Source of the DNA: the human T2T-CHM13v2.0 reference genome, Homo sapiens
DNA: 64,000 nt
Reading direction: 5' to 3' (one strand)
Assembly: GCF_009914755.1 (NCBI RefSeq)
Contig: NC_060925.1
Shown here: positions 24,985-38,660 of the stretch, in pieces
Layout of the letters: each line of letters begins with the position of its first letter
Numbering within the stretch: the stretch's first letter is position 1
The notes under the pieces: generated by a model
The model's database searches: none
What the model was told of the DNA's origin: nothing
The model's input: the letters and a program-made list of their open reading frames with translations, nothing else
Program-made: the position numbers and the translations under genes

Positions 24985-26210
24985 ATGCTAAAAGTATCAT
25001 CAGACTTTGAACACCTACTGTTGACTTTTCTCTAATACCTCTGTCGAGTGACTAGATTAACCAGATAAGTGAGTAAAAACATCCTGACATCCCTTTCCCT
25101 AGAGGGCTGGAGACACAAGGGTACATCATGGAGACTGGGAATTCACATAGTCTGGGGACCCCTGGGAGTCTCTGAAGCCCTTGCAGAGTGTCTGTGACTT
25201 TACTTGAAGAATGGACTTCAAAAATCTCAAACAAATGGCCTTGTCCTTAAATTGGCCTCACTTCCTGCACAAGAAAAAAAAAAAAGACAAACAAAAACAG
25301 AAAAACTTGCTTGATTGTCCTGAATTCCTGGTAGGCTATGATTCTTGGTTTCAGTTCAGTTGGAGTTTAAGAACTCCAAAAACAGTGCCCTTGAATTCTG
25401 ATCCCATTTCAGATAGTTGTCAAAGGAGAGACACATCACAGGTAACAATGTTTCCTTCTTTTGTTGTTGTTGCAGATTAATACATCCAGTGAAAAGATTG
25501 GGTGTAACTGTACCCATGCATTATAGAGGATACATGCCCCATTTGCAATTATCTGGAGCTTTTGAGGTAATCAGAATATTATGTGACTAGTGAGATAGAA
25601 TGCTTCCTAAATATAGTCAAGATGGCTTCATCCATAGTACTGGGACATTTCCAAAATCTTGTAAAATAAAAAATAATAATATCATGTTGTTCGGTAGTAT
25701 GATGACAGAAAAGGTTGATCTATATCAATGGTTCTTAAACTTTTGGTCTTAGGAAATTTTACACTCTGAAACATTGAAAACACTAAAGAACTATTTATTA
25801 TATTAGAAATTAAAATGGAGAAACCTTTTAAACACTTCCAATCAGCTGTCAGAGTGATGACATTATCACACGTCATGTAGCCTCTGGAAAACTCCACTAC
25901 ACTTAGGAAGTTTTCCAGAGGCTACTTGAGGCTTCTTGAGAAGAAGGATAAGAAAGGAAAATAACATCTTAGTATTATTATGCGAACAATTGTAACTCAC
26001 AGACACTCTGGAAGGGCTTCAGAGACTCCCAGGAGTCCCCAGATTATGTGAATTTCCAGTCTACATGATGTATCCTTGTGTCTCTAGCCTTCTAGGGAAA
26101 GGGATGTCAGGATGTTTTTACTCACTAATCTGGTTAATCTAGTCACTCGACAGAGATATCAGAGAAAAGTCAACAGCAGGTTTTCAAAGTCTGATGATAC
26201 TTTTTAGCAT
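24985..26210. repeat. Long inverted repeat, arms 24985-25197 and 25997-26210, ~800-bp spacer
   Basis: Reverse complement of the right arm aligns to the left arm with 13 substitutions and 1 indel by hand count. Confidence 0.97.
25726..26050 (+). mobile_element. hAT-Charlie non-autonomous element (MER119-like)
   Basis: 5' end caatggttcttaaacttttggtct; internal catgtagcctctggaaaactccact and aataacatcttagtattattatg; decayed 3' end ...cagagactcccaggagtccccaga. Confidence 0.7.
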
Positions 26211-29200
26211 CATTTACCTCCCTTTGCTCAGATTGTCTACTTAAAAACTTTATAAACTTCATTTGGTTTCTCAAATATAGTGGGTTGACCAGTTAGCACA
26301 AGAAGTCTAGTTCCCTTTGAAATCTCATTTCTCTATATGAATGATTGTTAATTTGCTTGGGCTAGTGTGAACTCATTTTCCAGAATCTGAGGTCTAAACC
26401 TGGACCCAGTGTGGCCTCAGCACACTAGAAATACTCCATCTGCAGCTTCATTGAATAGTTAGCCAGCTGGTGAACTTCCTTTTCAGTTTACTCCTACAAC
26501 AAAATCCTGAGAGTAATGGGACTGAGGGAAGAATTTCCTAAATTGGGAAGTCCAACTCTGACATACCCCTCCACAGGACTAACCCAATGCTATCATTTCA
26601 ATTTAAACTTGCAAAGAGATTTGCATATATGCTGCGTGATTTTTCTCTGCAAGTAGTATTATTTAAAATAAATCTTCTTACTCACACCAACTTTGCTTCT
26701 ATTTTTCCTGTGGTAGTCAAAGTTTTGACTCTGCCATCCCTCTTAGCCCAATCTTTCCTGCACTGAGTTGGATCGTTAGAGGTTATAACTTGAGCTTGTC
26801 AGTTATTTTACCTGCTGCATGTTTTTAAGCGTCATCCAAAAGATCTCTCATAAATGGGCCATGGTAATTTCTTCACTATGAAAATCTACTGGTAATGTTA
26901 TTCCTAGTTCAAAGTAATATACATTTCAGATTAATTTTGCAAAATGGATAATCTTGGGTAGATTTTTGTTGTTGTTTTAAGGTAAAGCCTGCTTTTGCTG
27001 TTTTTTTTTTAAACAATGACTCTTATTATAATAAAAGTCCACTGACATGAGTCAGATATACTCTTTCATCTTTCCTCACCCTAACAGGGAATTTTAAAAA
27101 ACCAATCAATCTACAAAATTCTTTTATTGCCAGGAATGGAGAGAAATGCTGTATTTAGGAAAAGCCATGCTGTAGCTTTTAAAAACAAATATTTAACTCG
27201 TTGTCACATCTAGTTCCCAGTTTAACCTTGGGAAATCCTACAGGCCTCTACTGCCATGTGCTGTGTTCAGGATCACTTGTATTTTCCCTTCCCCAAACTG
27301 TCAAAGCTCAGGGGAGACCTGTCAGGAGCCATCACCTCCCAGGCCTTGTGGTAGAACACATTGGAGCTGCCCATTGTTCTGAACATGTCTAAGAATACAT
27401 AACTTCAAGTAGCCTAAGTGTAACAAGTTTAATAACTGCCTTGTGTCCTCCTAAGGAAAGCCCTATTTAGAATGTCCCATTTGGGTGTAGTTACTCAGGC
27501 TGAGGGAGGTCTTAGGGATGAGAAAGGCATTACTGAACAGAGTATGAAAGAGTTTCAAGAAGAAGAGGAAGCGTGGGTCTTGTTTCTATAAATAAACCTA
27601 TAAATTCTGAAGAGTCAAGGTGAAATTAGAAAATTTAGAAATGGATAAAATTTAACTAACCCTTAGAGAAAACAGGGATGATCAATTCTGTTTCAACCAT
27701 CTCCCTCTCAAAAACATCTTAATTTAGCACTTTATTAAATATTATACCTGTTTAATACATGTAATTCTTGTCTCTCTAGAAAAATGTATAACTTAATGAG
27801 GACAAGAACAATATCTCATGCTGACACCATATCCCTGCAGGAGCTACCCAGAACACACTTGAGAGATATTTCAAATGAAAAAAAAAATATCTATTCCTAA
27901 GCTTACCAAGCAATATGGAAAAAAAAATGAAGTAAAATCCCTGAATTTGGGACAGCAAGGCTATAAAGGATTTAGGTATTAGGATCCTGCCTTTGAGGAG
28001 CTAATAGTTTCAATTGTAGAATAAGATATACACACAAACATGCACACAAATGAACACATGTGCAGGTCAGTATGAAATTAGGCATGAGTTATAAACAGAA
28101 ACACTCAGTGATTGCAGCAAAAAGTTCTCCATATCACCAACCGTCCAGCTCTCTAGACAGGAACAAAGAGGCAGTTGTGTCAACATCTCAAGAAAGTGGT
28201 CAGAAGGGGGAAATAGCCATATTCACCCACATGGGAAGTTATCGCTTGTTCTTTGCAAAGTCTTTGGCAAGACATTTAACTGTCTGGCCAGTGAAATGCA
28301 GAATAGTGGAATCAGGTACCGGCAGATGTCTGCTGTTTCAAGGAAAACTTGTTCTTAAACCTCTTGGGATTGTCCTCCACTCAGTCTGTGTAGTGGGGAT
28401 CATCCTGTAGGGATGTCACATAGCCAGAGTCAGGAAGCCCTTTCTTCCTGGATTCTCACATTGAGAAAGATGCATGAAGAGTAAGATATGCATAAAAACA
28501 ACAAGAAAGACATTTGGTAACATTAATTGGCTCCAAGGCATGGAACTGTGTGGCTGGAGGACAAAAATTGGCCAAGAAAGAGGATTTTTCAGAGTACACC
28601 CATATTTGCTCTTTTAATTTTGAACCATGTGAATGTTTCACTGACTCAAAAATAGAACAAGCTGAAACAAACAAAAAAATCTTTTTAAAATTGCCAGAGG
28701 GATAATCTAGGTGATAAGCTATTAACATAACTGTTTGTCTTCCTGATACTCAAACAACATAGTCCTTGAATACTTACAAGGTTTGGACAAGTTTCCAGTT
28801 TAAAGAATAAACTTTGTCTCTGGCCCTTGGAAGTTTTGCCACTGAGAGGCTTCTACTGGCAAATAGTAACATTTATGTAGCATTTTAAACTTTTCAAAGC
28901 ACTTTCACTTGTTTTTCCTTTCTGTTTGCATTAAATTTACCATTGTTCTCCCCGTTTAAAAAAAGCAACAATGTTTCATACAGTTCTATCTATTTAGCAA
29001 ATGCAATTCTTTCCTGGGGCACTTTTACCAAAAAACAAAAACAAACAAACAAAAAAAAAACAAAAAAAATCTTTTTTTTTTCTTCTTAAGATCCCAGGTT
29101 ATTTGGGCAGTATGACATGGACCCAGTCATTCTCTCTGGATCCACCCCAGTGCCACTCAAATTACAGCACCTAGAGAGTAGAATCTAAAATTCTACTAAT

Positions 29201-29649
29201 GCCCTGGCCAAATGTGGCTATGAGAATCTTAACCTCTCTTGTTCTGGATTTCCTACTGCCTGAAAAACAGACTATTATGGCTTTAGTCTTCCTAGCAGCT
29301 AAGTCACATTCATTCTTTCACATTGACTTGCTACCAACTAAAGACTTTTTGTCCTTCTAGTGAGAATTACTGTTCTGACAGCTTTCTTCAGGCTGCTAAA
29401 TTTTTTTACACCTATATGCATGCCCCTATATTATTTCTTATTAGGGTTTATTCCTGCTAGCTTCCAGCCAGTTACCATCTTTCTGAATCTAGATTCCATC
29501 ATTGACTAGTCCTCCCAGATTTGACAATCTCGTCTTCTTCTTCTAGGTATTTGACACAAGTGTTGAAAGGAACAGAGCCAGGAACCAGACCCCATAGAAT
29601 AAATTTAGAACTGTCTCTTTAGATCAAGGATTCCCAGGGGGCTCTTCTT

Positions 29650-30100
29650 TATATTTTATCGTAAAAACATTCAAATATACACAGAAGTAGAAATAACAGC
29701 ACAAAAACACCTATATCTCCTCCCTCTGGAGTCCACAATTGTCAATATTTTTGCCACATTTCCTTCACCTATATATTGTTTTGCCAAACCATTTTAAAAT
29801 AGATATCATGACATTATACCACTATATAGTTCAACTTGCAGTCCTTCAACGCATAACATCATTATCTCACCTAACAAAATATGAATAATTCCTCATTGTT
29901 ATATTCACTTAGTCTATATTCAAATTCCCCATTTGTCCTCAACATGACAATTACGGCAGGTTTGTTCAAAGCCAAGTTACATCAAGGGTGACATATTGCA
30001 TTTTTCCTCCTTTCATCTAGAACTCCACCTCAACTTCCTTTTTCATTACATTGATCTGTTGATCTATTGAAGAGACAAAGATAATTGTTTTGTAGAAGCC
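29650..30100 (-). mobile_element. Old L1M 3' fragment (L1MC/ME-like)
   Basis: aaaacattcaaatatacacagaagtaga...tgtcaatatttttgccacat...tatattcaaattccccatttgtcctc...ttgttttgtagaa. Confidence 0.7.
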
Positions 30101-30559
30101 AAAGACCTCTTTAAATAATATGGCTCTTCATGTTGTTCATTACAAATGCTGCTATCAAATAAAGGTCATTTATTAAATAATGTTAATTTTCCTTTTTAAT
30201 AACAAATTTGTATGTAACTACCAATTAGAGATCCTAGTAAACATGAAATAGCACTCTTATCACTTTGGGTTGACATGATCACAAGGATAAACTCAGAATT
30301 ATGATCCTTTATAATGGTATAACATTGATCAAGTTACTTAACATCTATGGGTCTTTCCTGTGTTCTGTAATGAATCTATCTCAGTAATACAGTTCTTATA
30401 AGGACTGATACAATAAGCATGCAAAGTTTCTATTTAGAATCTCTGATCATAGAAGCAAACACATGTTTTCATTTAATATTTGGAAAGCTGACTTTAAACT
30501 AATATTTGTCCAATCCATGTTGTGTGCTGGTAAAGAGGGTGGTTAGTTGAGTACAATTG

Positions 30560-30775
30560 ATTCCCCACTACCTATTCAACACTGTTAGAGAGATCACATT
30601 TCATCCTCACAATAACCCTACAAGATAGGTATCACTATCCCTATAATATGGATGAGGAAACTGGATCTCACAAAGTTTAAATGACACACTCAGGTTCACA
30701 CTAAGTTGTTAATTGAACTTAGGTGTTTTTGAATACATACCTGGAGCACCTATAACTTCCCTACTCTGCTCCTCT
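30560..30775 (-). mobile_element. MIR
   Basis: tcatcctcacaataaccctacaagataggtatcactatccc...gatgaggaaactgga. Confidence 0.75.
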
Positions 30776-31251
30776 GATTGTGAATAATACCCACTCCTTG
30801 GTCAATATAATATCTAAGATATTATATCTACCAATCACTACAACCTTGTTAGAGTTAAATTAGAAGTAGCAATTCCCTCATTGAAATCTTCTATCTTCTG
30901 AGGGATAAATCTCGCTACAAACCAAACAAAACCAAGCCTTATCTTCTGGGGTTTCCCCAGAGTGGGAAATGCCACACACTTGCTGCAGGCAGAGGCCTCT
31001 CTCCTCTCAACCTGTTAGACATTCAGGTTTACTGGAAATGTGTCATGTCTTTGGAATGGGAGGGTAGGGAGGAGCCAGAGAGAGACACGTCCTGGCATGA
31101 AACTTGCCCACCAGGATAGACAAGGCTTGGGAGGTGGGAGGTGGTGGGTAGGAAGGCAGACTAGGCCCAAGAGCATGTGAAAGTCTGAACATGTGAACAT
31201 ATGTAGCACCAGTCAGTCCTGGGGTTTTTGTCAGCCATTAGAGACCAAATA

Positions 31252-31254
<3 letters not shown>

Positions 31255-31282
<28 letters not shown>
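31255..31282 (+). repeat. (TG)n microsatellite
   Basis: Directly visible. Confidence 0.95.
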
Positions 31283-32139
31283 CAGAGGGTACTTGGAAGT
31301 GTCAAAGGCACTTCTTACCTGTGGTAAAGCTCAGTCACTTGACACAAAGTTCAAGGGGCTAGATTCTGTCTGGCGAAGGGAGTCTGGCCAGAGCAAAATT
31401 AGGAAGCCCAGGGATTCTCAGTGGAGCCGTATCATGATTTATGGGGGAGACAGATGCAGTTAGAGACTGCATTCAATATTGAAATATTTTACATACATGT
31501 ATTTTAAAACAAAATATATTTGTGTTTATAATACAAAATGATGAAAGCAAATTGGAAAAAAAATCTTAGCCAGGAGGATGTGCAGATGAACTCTAGCTAA
31601 AAACTGTTACCTTTTGGGTAGTGATTTTTCAAGGGAGTTGTGAAATTTCTATGTTAAACAAAAGAGGATATTGGTTTCAATACTGAGAAATCCTTGGAGA
31701 ACAGAGGGGAAAACAGAAGTTTTGGGAGCAGATGTTGGTGCTAGAAGAGCAATAAGTTAGCCTGGGGCTTATCTCTATTTCATTTATTTTATTCGATAAA
31801 CATTCACTGAAAAACCTAAGCAAGACGCTTTGTGAAAAACCTACTAAGCAACAGGCATTGCTGTGGGTACAACAGTGCTGTGGGTACAACAGTGAATGTA
31901 ACCATTTTCTGCCCTTGAGAAGTTTGTGATCTAATTAAGCAGTAGAGGTAGGTTAACAGAGAACAACAACAAAATCTTAGAAGTGCTACGATAGAAGTAT
32001 ACACAAGGCACTAAGAGGAGTCTCTGGCCCAAGTTCAAGGTGGGGAGGAGCAGAAAGAATTTCTTAGACCACAAATGAATTTTAAAGAGCACTTGGCACT
32101 GGATCTAGTGCAAAGGGACAGTCTCTCTAGCAGAGTGAT

Positions 32140-32885
32140 GAACCATAGTGACTACAAGTTTGGGCTCTGTACTCATGTTGGCTGAGTTCCATTACAGATG
32201 GCACAATCTTGGGCAAGTAACTTGCCTCTCTAGACCTTGGTTTCTTCCTCTATAACATCAAGATGGTACGATGGTACTGCAGGGGCCAACCTCTTGGCCC
32301 TATGAAGGTTCACTGACAAATAAGCTCATAAAAGGCAGATTAATTGGAGAAAAGACATACTCATTTATTTTAAATGTATACACAAAAGAGCCATTGGAAT
32401 GAAGACCTAAATATATGGGAGAAATTACCCATTTTGATGCTTAGATTCAAAAAAGTATGGAGAGTTGTGTAGAAATATGATTGGACAAAAAGGTTGTGAT
32501 CAAATGCTAGTAGACTGAGTGGGGAAACCCAGCAAGACCTGCCTGTCTGAATTCTTCTTGGCGTCTCTGAGCATGCACTCCTTCCTTCTGGGTGTGGGGC
32601 AGAGTGTCTTTGGGGAAGGGGGGCTCTGGTTTTTATGGCTCACCACAGAGAAGAGGAATTCTAGTTTCTATGACTAGCCTCAGGGGAGAAAGGTGCTGCA
32701 AGACAGGAGGGCAGCAGAAGGTCAGAGAAAAACATTTACTTCTAATGCTGCTTCTGAGGCCTTCATTTCAGGATATTGTGTTCTCAGCCCCAGTGGTACC
32801 TACCTCACAGGGTTGCTGTGAGAAGTAAATGTAGTAATTATGTAAAGCACTTTAGCACATAGCTCTCAATAAATATAAATTATTA
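32140..32885 (+). mobile_element. MIR split by an LTR (parts ~32140-32277 and ~32796-32885)
   Basis: cttgggcaagtaacttgcctctctagaccttggtttcttcctctataa ... gtacctacctcacagggttgctgtgagaagtaaatg. Confidence 0.75.
32278..32795 (-). mobile_element. ERV1 solo LTR, MER39-like
   Basis: Reverse strand begins ggggctgagaacacaatatcctgaaatgaaggcctcagaagcagc, as in MER39. 4-bp TSD gtac at 32274-32277 and 32796-32799. Confidence 0.85.
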
Positions 32886-33144
32886 ATTAATATAAAATGC
32901 AACATGTCCTGATGGATCTGAAATTGTATTCGGGGGACTTTTAATTAGGGTATTCTCTGTGTTTAGACATTCTCTTCCAATGCTGGTCTAAGGTTTTTGA
33001 CTCTTCATTTGTAGAGCATTACACAAGAGTCAATGAGGGCGATCTATCAAGGATTGACATATAAATTAGAAATGTGGCAGTGCTGGTTTTCAAAGGGAGT
33101 TCATGGTTAACGAAAACCTACCTCGGCCAAACCCAACATTTGCT

Positions 33145-34200
33145 CTCATTCATTTATGTATTTATTTTTTCAATATTTTAGTTCCTAATATATGCCAGGT
33201 ACTATGATTTATGGTAACTTTACAGAGATGATTTATACATAATACTTTTCCATAGAAACTCACAGTCTTAAGAGAGAGAGAGAGAGAGAATCACAATACC
33301 ATATGATAGTGTGATAACAGAGGTATGTGCAAAATGCTTTGGGGAACCCTCCCAAGTGCTGTAATGACTAACACTGACTGCACATCTGGGAAGGTTTCCT
33401 GAAGGAGGTAACCTTCTAGTTAGGTCTTTAATAAGAGTTTCCCAAGCAGATACCTGTGGGATGGGAGAATTCCAAGAAGAGGAGATTGTTTATGTAGAGA
33501 AACAAAGCATTGATCAAAAATGATGTATTCATGGCAAAAAGCATAGAAGCATTGTGTAAGATTAACAGGGGATTAGGTTAAAAAGGTAGATTATACCAGT
33601 ATGATATTAGGTGGCTGTGTAATACTTACTTATAGGCTGGAGAGAACTAGAGGCATGATCACAACAGATCTGAGAAAGAACAAACAATGGAAACCGAGTG
33701 ACAGGAGAGGACAGATGAGATAAAAAGAAATCAGGCCTTTGCAATAATCCAGGCAAGGTTGGTAATCTTGAAAGTTTCTGGCTGTATATACATTCTGGCC
33801 ATACAGAAAGAGATCAGGACTGCAGATGCATTTCTAGGAGTCATCAGGTTAAAGGTGATATTTAAAGCTATGCATATCAATGAGCTACCCCAAGGACATG
33901 ATGTAGTGTGGGAGGAGAGGGGTCCAAGTGGGCAGGCCTGGAGAATACCAGCAAAGGACAAGGTAAGAAAGAAAAGGCAGCAAATTAAACGGAGAAGAAA
34001 TCAAAAATTGTTGTCCTAGGGAGGAAGAAGTTTACAAAGTAAGAAGTTATCAATGGTGCCAAATACTATAGGGAATTTAAATATGAAACGAGTAAAAAGA
34101 AGTCACCAGATTCCACAATTAAAAAGTTAGGGTAGCCATAGTTAAAGTATTAGGGACCAAAGCTGGATTGCAATGAGTTGAAGAAAAAAGGCAGTTTGGT
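33145..34200 (-). mobile_element. L2 fragments, with (GA)n at ~33271-33288
   Basis: tatgccaggtactatg, gggaaggtttcctgaaggaggtaacc, aggactgcagatgcatttctaggagtcatcag...ggtgatatttaaagctatg. Confidence 0.6.
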
Positions 34201-34405
34201 GATAAGAAAGAGAGACAAGGTTGAAGAAAAGGTATGCTTAATAAGGGAGAGACAGGAATATATTTGAAGCCAAGCCTGTGGACACCTAAGCATTCTACTG
34301 CTTTGTTTCTGTCTATGAGTTGTTTTTTAGATTTAAAAAAAATTGTAAAATATTTTTTATGGTGTAAGGATCTCATTTGCAGGCTTTTTTAAAAACTGCA
34401 CCCAC

Positions 34406-34832
<427 letters not shown>

Positions 34833-35979
34833 TCAGGCACTCCTCCAGGATCCTACCTTCTGCCTGCTCCAGTCTTCCTCACACATCGGCTCCCCTCCTT
34901 CCTGACCCACTTGGCTTCATGACTTGGCTCCCACTTCTACTATCTCTGGAGCTTCAAACTGTTTATTGGAGCCAGGGAACAGAACCTTCTCAGCACTGCA
35001 AACTGAGGCCTGTGGTGTCATGGCCATGGCTCTGGCCCCAGGACCTGCCACACATTCATTTATTGCACATATATTTGTTAAACCCCTATTGTGAGCCAGG
35101 TACTATTATAGGCACTTGAAGACATTGGTGAAGAAGGAAACCAAAGTCCCTGTTCTTAATGGAATTTACATTTAGTAGAGGAGAAAAACAATAAACAAAT
35201 GGTGGGCAAGGCCCCCAGGTGCCCTATCTTCCAGGAAAAGAACAGGAACGCACTCACACTGAATGATAGTTACACTTCATAAACTCTCAGAGCCACTCCC
35301 TTTGATGTGGTTCCCTAAGACATAAAGTCTACTACTGTCACCTCTCTCCCCCAGGCATTCAGACTCCAAATGGGCATGCCATCAATCAAGTAACATTCTT
35401 ATTCTTTTCTGGCATTCTACATCCCCCACATGCTACGCTTTCCACTAATTAGCATATATTGTCCAATCTAGGAAGCCGTCAGGTAAAAGATGAACCACTG
35501 TTGTAGGTACTTTAAATAAATGTATGATAAGAGAAACTTAATAGGGGACCCCTACATAAAGCTGAGACACCAAAGAGCTATACCCTTAATATAAAGGTAA
35601 ATAAGAAATGAACTCACCTCACAGAGTGAGACAGGAAAAAAAATCTTACATGTCTCAGTCTTGGCTTTAGTGGAGAGAGTGGGAAGAACATCTCATCTGG
35701 GAATTTAAACTACAAGCTGGTACTCTTACTGGTGGTCTAACTTCACACTGCTAGTGTGGCCCAAATATCCCCAATCTCAGAATTTAATATGAAGTGGTCT
35801 CAAAGTGACTGGCAGAAGCAAAAGTAAACCCTCAGAACCAAGGTTCACAATGCCCAAAAGATGGCTCACTTACTCTGGCAATAAGCAAAATTAGTCATTT
35901 CTAATACAACCAAAAGATAATAGCCACCTGACCAACTTCATTGTGTAGGGATTTAAACTATAGTCTCTATTCTGTTAGT

Positions 35980-36204
35980 TTATTTATTTATTTATATGTT
36001 TATTTTTGAGACAGGGTCTCACTCTGTCACCAGGCTGGAGGGAAGTGGCACAGTCATGGCTCACTGCAGCCTTGAACTCTTCAGCACAAGTGGTCCTCCT
36101 GCCTCAGCCTCCTGAGCAGTTAGGACTACAGGTGTACACCACCATGTCCAGCTAATTCTTTTATTTTTACTTTTTGTAGAGATGTGATCTCACTGTGTTG
36201 CCCT
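35980..36204 (-). mobile_element. 5'-truncated AluJ
   Basis: gagacagggtctcactctgtcacc...catggctcactgcagccttgaact are J diagnostics. Confidence 0.88.
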
Positions 36205-37096
36205 CCCTGGTATTCTCTGGGTTTAAATTTGAAGTGCAATACTTTGTCTATAGTGACCACTTCAAAGTTACAGATGGAGAAATTAAGGCTTATATAGCAA
36301 ATTAACCATGGCACCAAGATGCTCATTTAGACAATCATTTTTCCTCAAAGAACAGAGCTTCTCTGTGTCTGGCATCTTAGGCTCATCCTTCTTGGATGGT
36401 AGCTTCTATTAAGTAGCATGCTGTCATCTGTGGAAATGGGTATCAGCGCCTGGAGACATCAGTCTTAATTATTGGCAAAACCTCCCTAGAGCTCCTAAGC
36501 TAATTCTGGGCTCCGTAACTGGAAATGCAGATGCTGGTAAAGGTATTGAAGGGAAATATGAAACCTATTGTAAAACAAGAACTAGGTGGGAAAGGTAAAA
36601 TTCTAAGTTTTTCTTTTTCTATCTAGAAGGAACACCAGAGATCATCTAGTCCAATTCCTCAGGCTATATGGCAGGACTATCCTATCAGATCTTTGCATGG
36701 CTCATCTTTTTGCATAACTCAGGTTTCTGTTTAAATGCCACTCCTCAGGAAAGACCCCATTGATTATCTCATTTATAATAGCCCACCCACATCCCAAGAT
36801 GCTTAATCCCTTCTTTTGCTTCTTTTAGTCAGAACAATTATCACTTTCTGAAATGGCCTGAAACTATTAGTTAATTATCAACTTGCTTTTTCTGTCTTCC
36901 CCCACTAGAAGACAGAAACCTTGCTCAGCTCTATAAACCCAGAGGTTGAACAGCATCTGGCCCCAAATGGAAACTAAAAAAAATTGTTGATTGAGTGAAT
37001 AGTGAATGAATCAGTGAAGAAAATAAGGATGACAGCCTTAATTATTTCAATTTCAAACAAATGAAATTTAATGATGTTAGGTTTAGATTAGGTTTT

Positions 37097-37462
37097 TGTT
37101 TTGGTTTTTTTTTTGTTTTTTCTTGTTTTGTTTTTTGTTTTTGTTTTTGTTTCTGAGACGGAGTCTTGCTCTGTCATCCAGGTGCATCCAGCGCAATCTC
37201 AGCTCACTGCAACCTCCGCCTCCCAGATTCAAGCAATTCTCCTGCCTCAGCCTCCTGAGTAGCTGGGACTACAGGCACACGCCGCCACGCCCGGCTGATT
37301 TTGTTTGTTTTGTTTTGTTTGGTTTGGTTTGTTTTGTATTTTAGTAGAGATGGGGTTTCACTGTGTTGCTCAGGTTGGTCTCGAACTCCTGAGCTGAGGC
37401 AATCCGCCCGCCTCAGCCTCCCCAAGTGCTAAGATTACAGGCAAGAGCCACTGTGCCTGGCC
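37097..37462 (-). mobile_element. AluS with expanded (TTTTG)n tail and middle linker
   Basis: TSD tagattaggtttt at 37084-37096 and 37463-37475. Confidence 0.95.
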
Positions 37463-37785
37463 TAGATTAGGTTTTAAGTGATTCATTTTCTCTGAGGAGC
37501 TACCTGTAATGTTTCAGTATTACAGCCCTTACCATTGTGTCTGCTATATACAAAGTTCTCAGTAAAGGTTTGCTGGATGGAAGAATCCACATGATATATC
37601 CCTTTATAATAAGCTTCTTCAACTCTCTGGAAATTGATGAGGCTTACCATTAGAGGACAATGATATATGTGATGATATTAACCAAAAAGAGGTAGAAAAA
37701 TAGAAATAGATTTTAGATCATATGAAACGTTGAAAGAGATGAAAGAGTTAAAAGATTTAAAATAACATTTTAAAAATGAGAAGTG

Positions 37786-38052
37786 GGGCCAGGTGTTGTG
37801 GCTCATGCCCATAATCCCAGCACTTAAGGGGGCACTGAAGTGGGAAGATCACTTGAGCCCAGGAGGTCAAGACCAGCCTGGACAACATAGGGAGACCCCC
37901 ATCTCTAAAAAAAAATTAAAAATTAGCTGGGCATGGAGGTACCTGCCTGTGGCACCAGCTACTCAGGAGGCTGAGGTGGGAGGATTGCATCACTGAACTC
38001 CAGCCTGGATGACAGAGTGAGACCCTGTCTCAGAGAGAGAGAGAGAGAGAGA
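37786..38052 (+). mobile_element. AluJ with internal deletion and (GA)n tail
   Basis: ggccaggtgttgtggctcatgccc...aggattgca|tcactgaactccagcc (right-arm deletion)...gagaccctgtctc. Confidence 0.9.
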
Positions 38053-38384
38053 AAGGAAAATCATCAATACTGGGAAAGGAAGACAGGAGAGTTTTAAAGG
38101 AAGAAGAAGGAAAGATTCAAGAAGTCATGATTGTCTATGTTCCTCTCATTTCCTATGTTAAGTAATCAAAGGAGGTTATAAAATCTTCCTCCAGGAAGGT
38201 TTTAAAGATAAGAACACTTTTTTGTTGGCTGGTGTGCCTGTGGATCCATCCTGGAAGTGAGGAATAAACCAAATGGTTTTTCCAACATCTTCTAGACTTA
38301 TGATACTCTGCATTTGGACACTGAAAAACCACTCATTCATCATTCAGCAAACATTTACAAAGTTCCTGCTATGTACCAGGAAAT

Positions 38385-38660
38385 AGTTAGAATCCTTTTG
38401 GTTCCAAGTGACAGAAATTCAATTCATACCTTAATACTTCAAGAAAAAATGGAAGTGAACTTGAAGGATCCTGCTTCTCTCCCAGAGCAACCAACCCACA
38501 AGAAGGGCAGGAATGCAGCAGACCCCAGGAACCATTGCAGCCAGGGACCTAATATGCTGAGGATTCTATCTCCATCTTTTTTCTTTGTTGTCTTTAGATG
38601 TTGTCTTTTTCTTTCTCCTATTGCAGACTATTTCCTCATAGAAAAATGAGACTATGGACA
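38385..38660. mobile_element. Old MaLR/ERVL LTR fragment (MLT1-like)
   Basis: agttagaatccttttggttccaagtgacagaaattcaattcat resembles MLT1J/K-type termini. Confidence 0.45.

Noticed and set aside
25414-25480. Micro-exon-like ttcag|...cacag|gtaaca inside the inverted-repeat spacer
   Set aside because: Weak pyrimidine tract and donor, with no frame or partner support.
31859-31892. Exact 17-bp tandem duplication; similar small ones near 42135, 55030 and 58845
   Set aside because: Ordinary slippage duplications; two units only, no spacer structure, not CRISPR-like.
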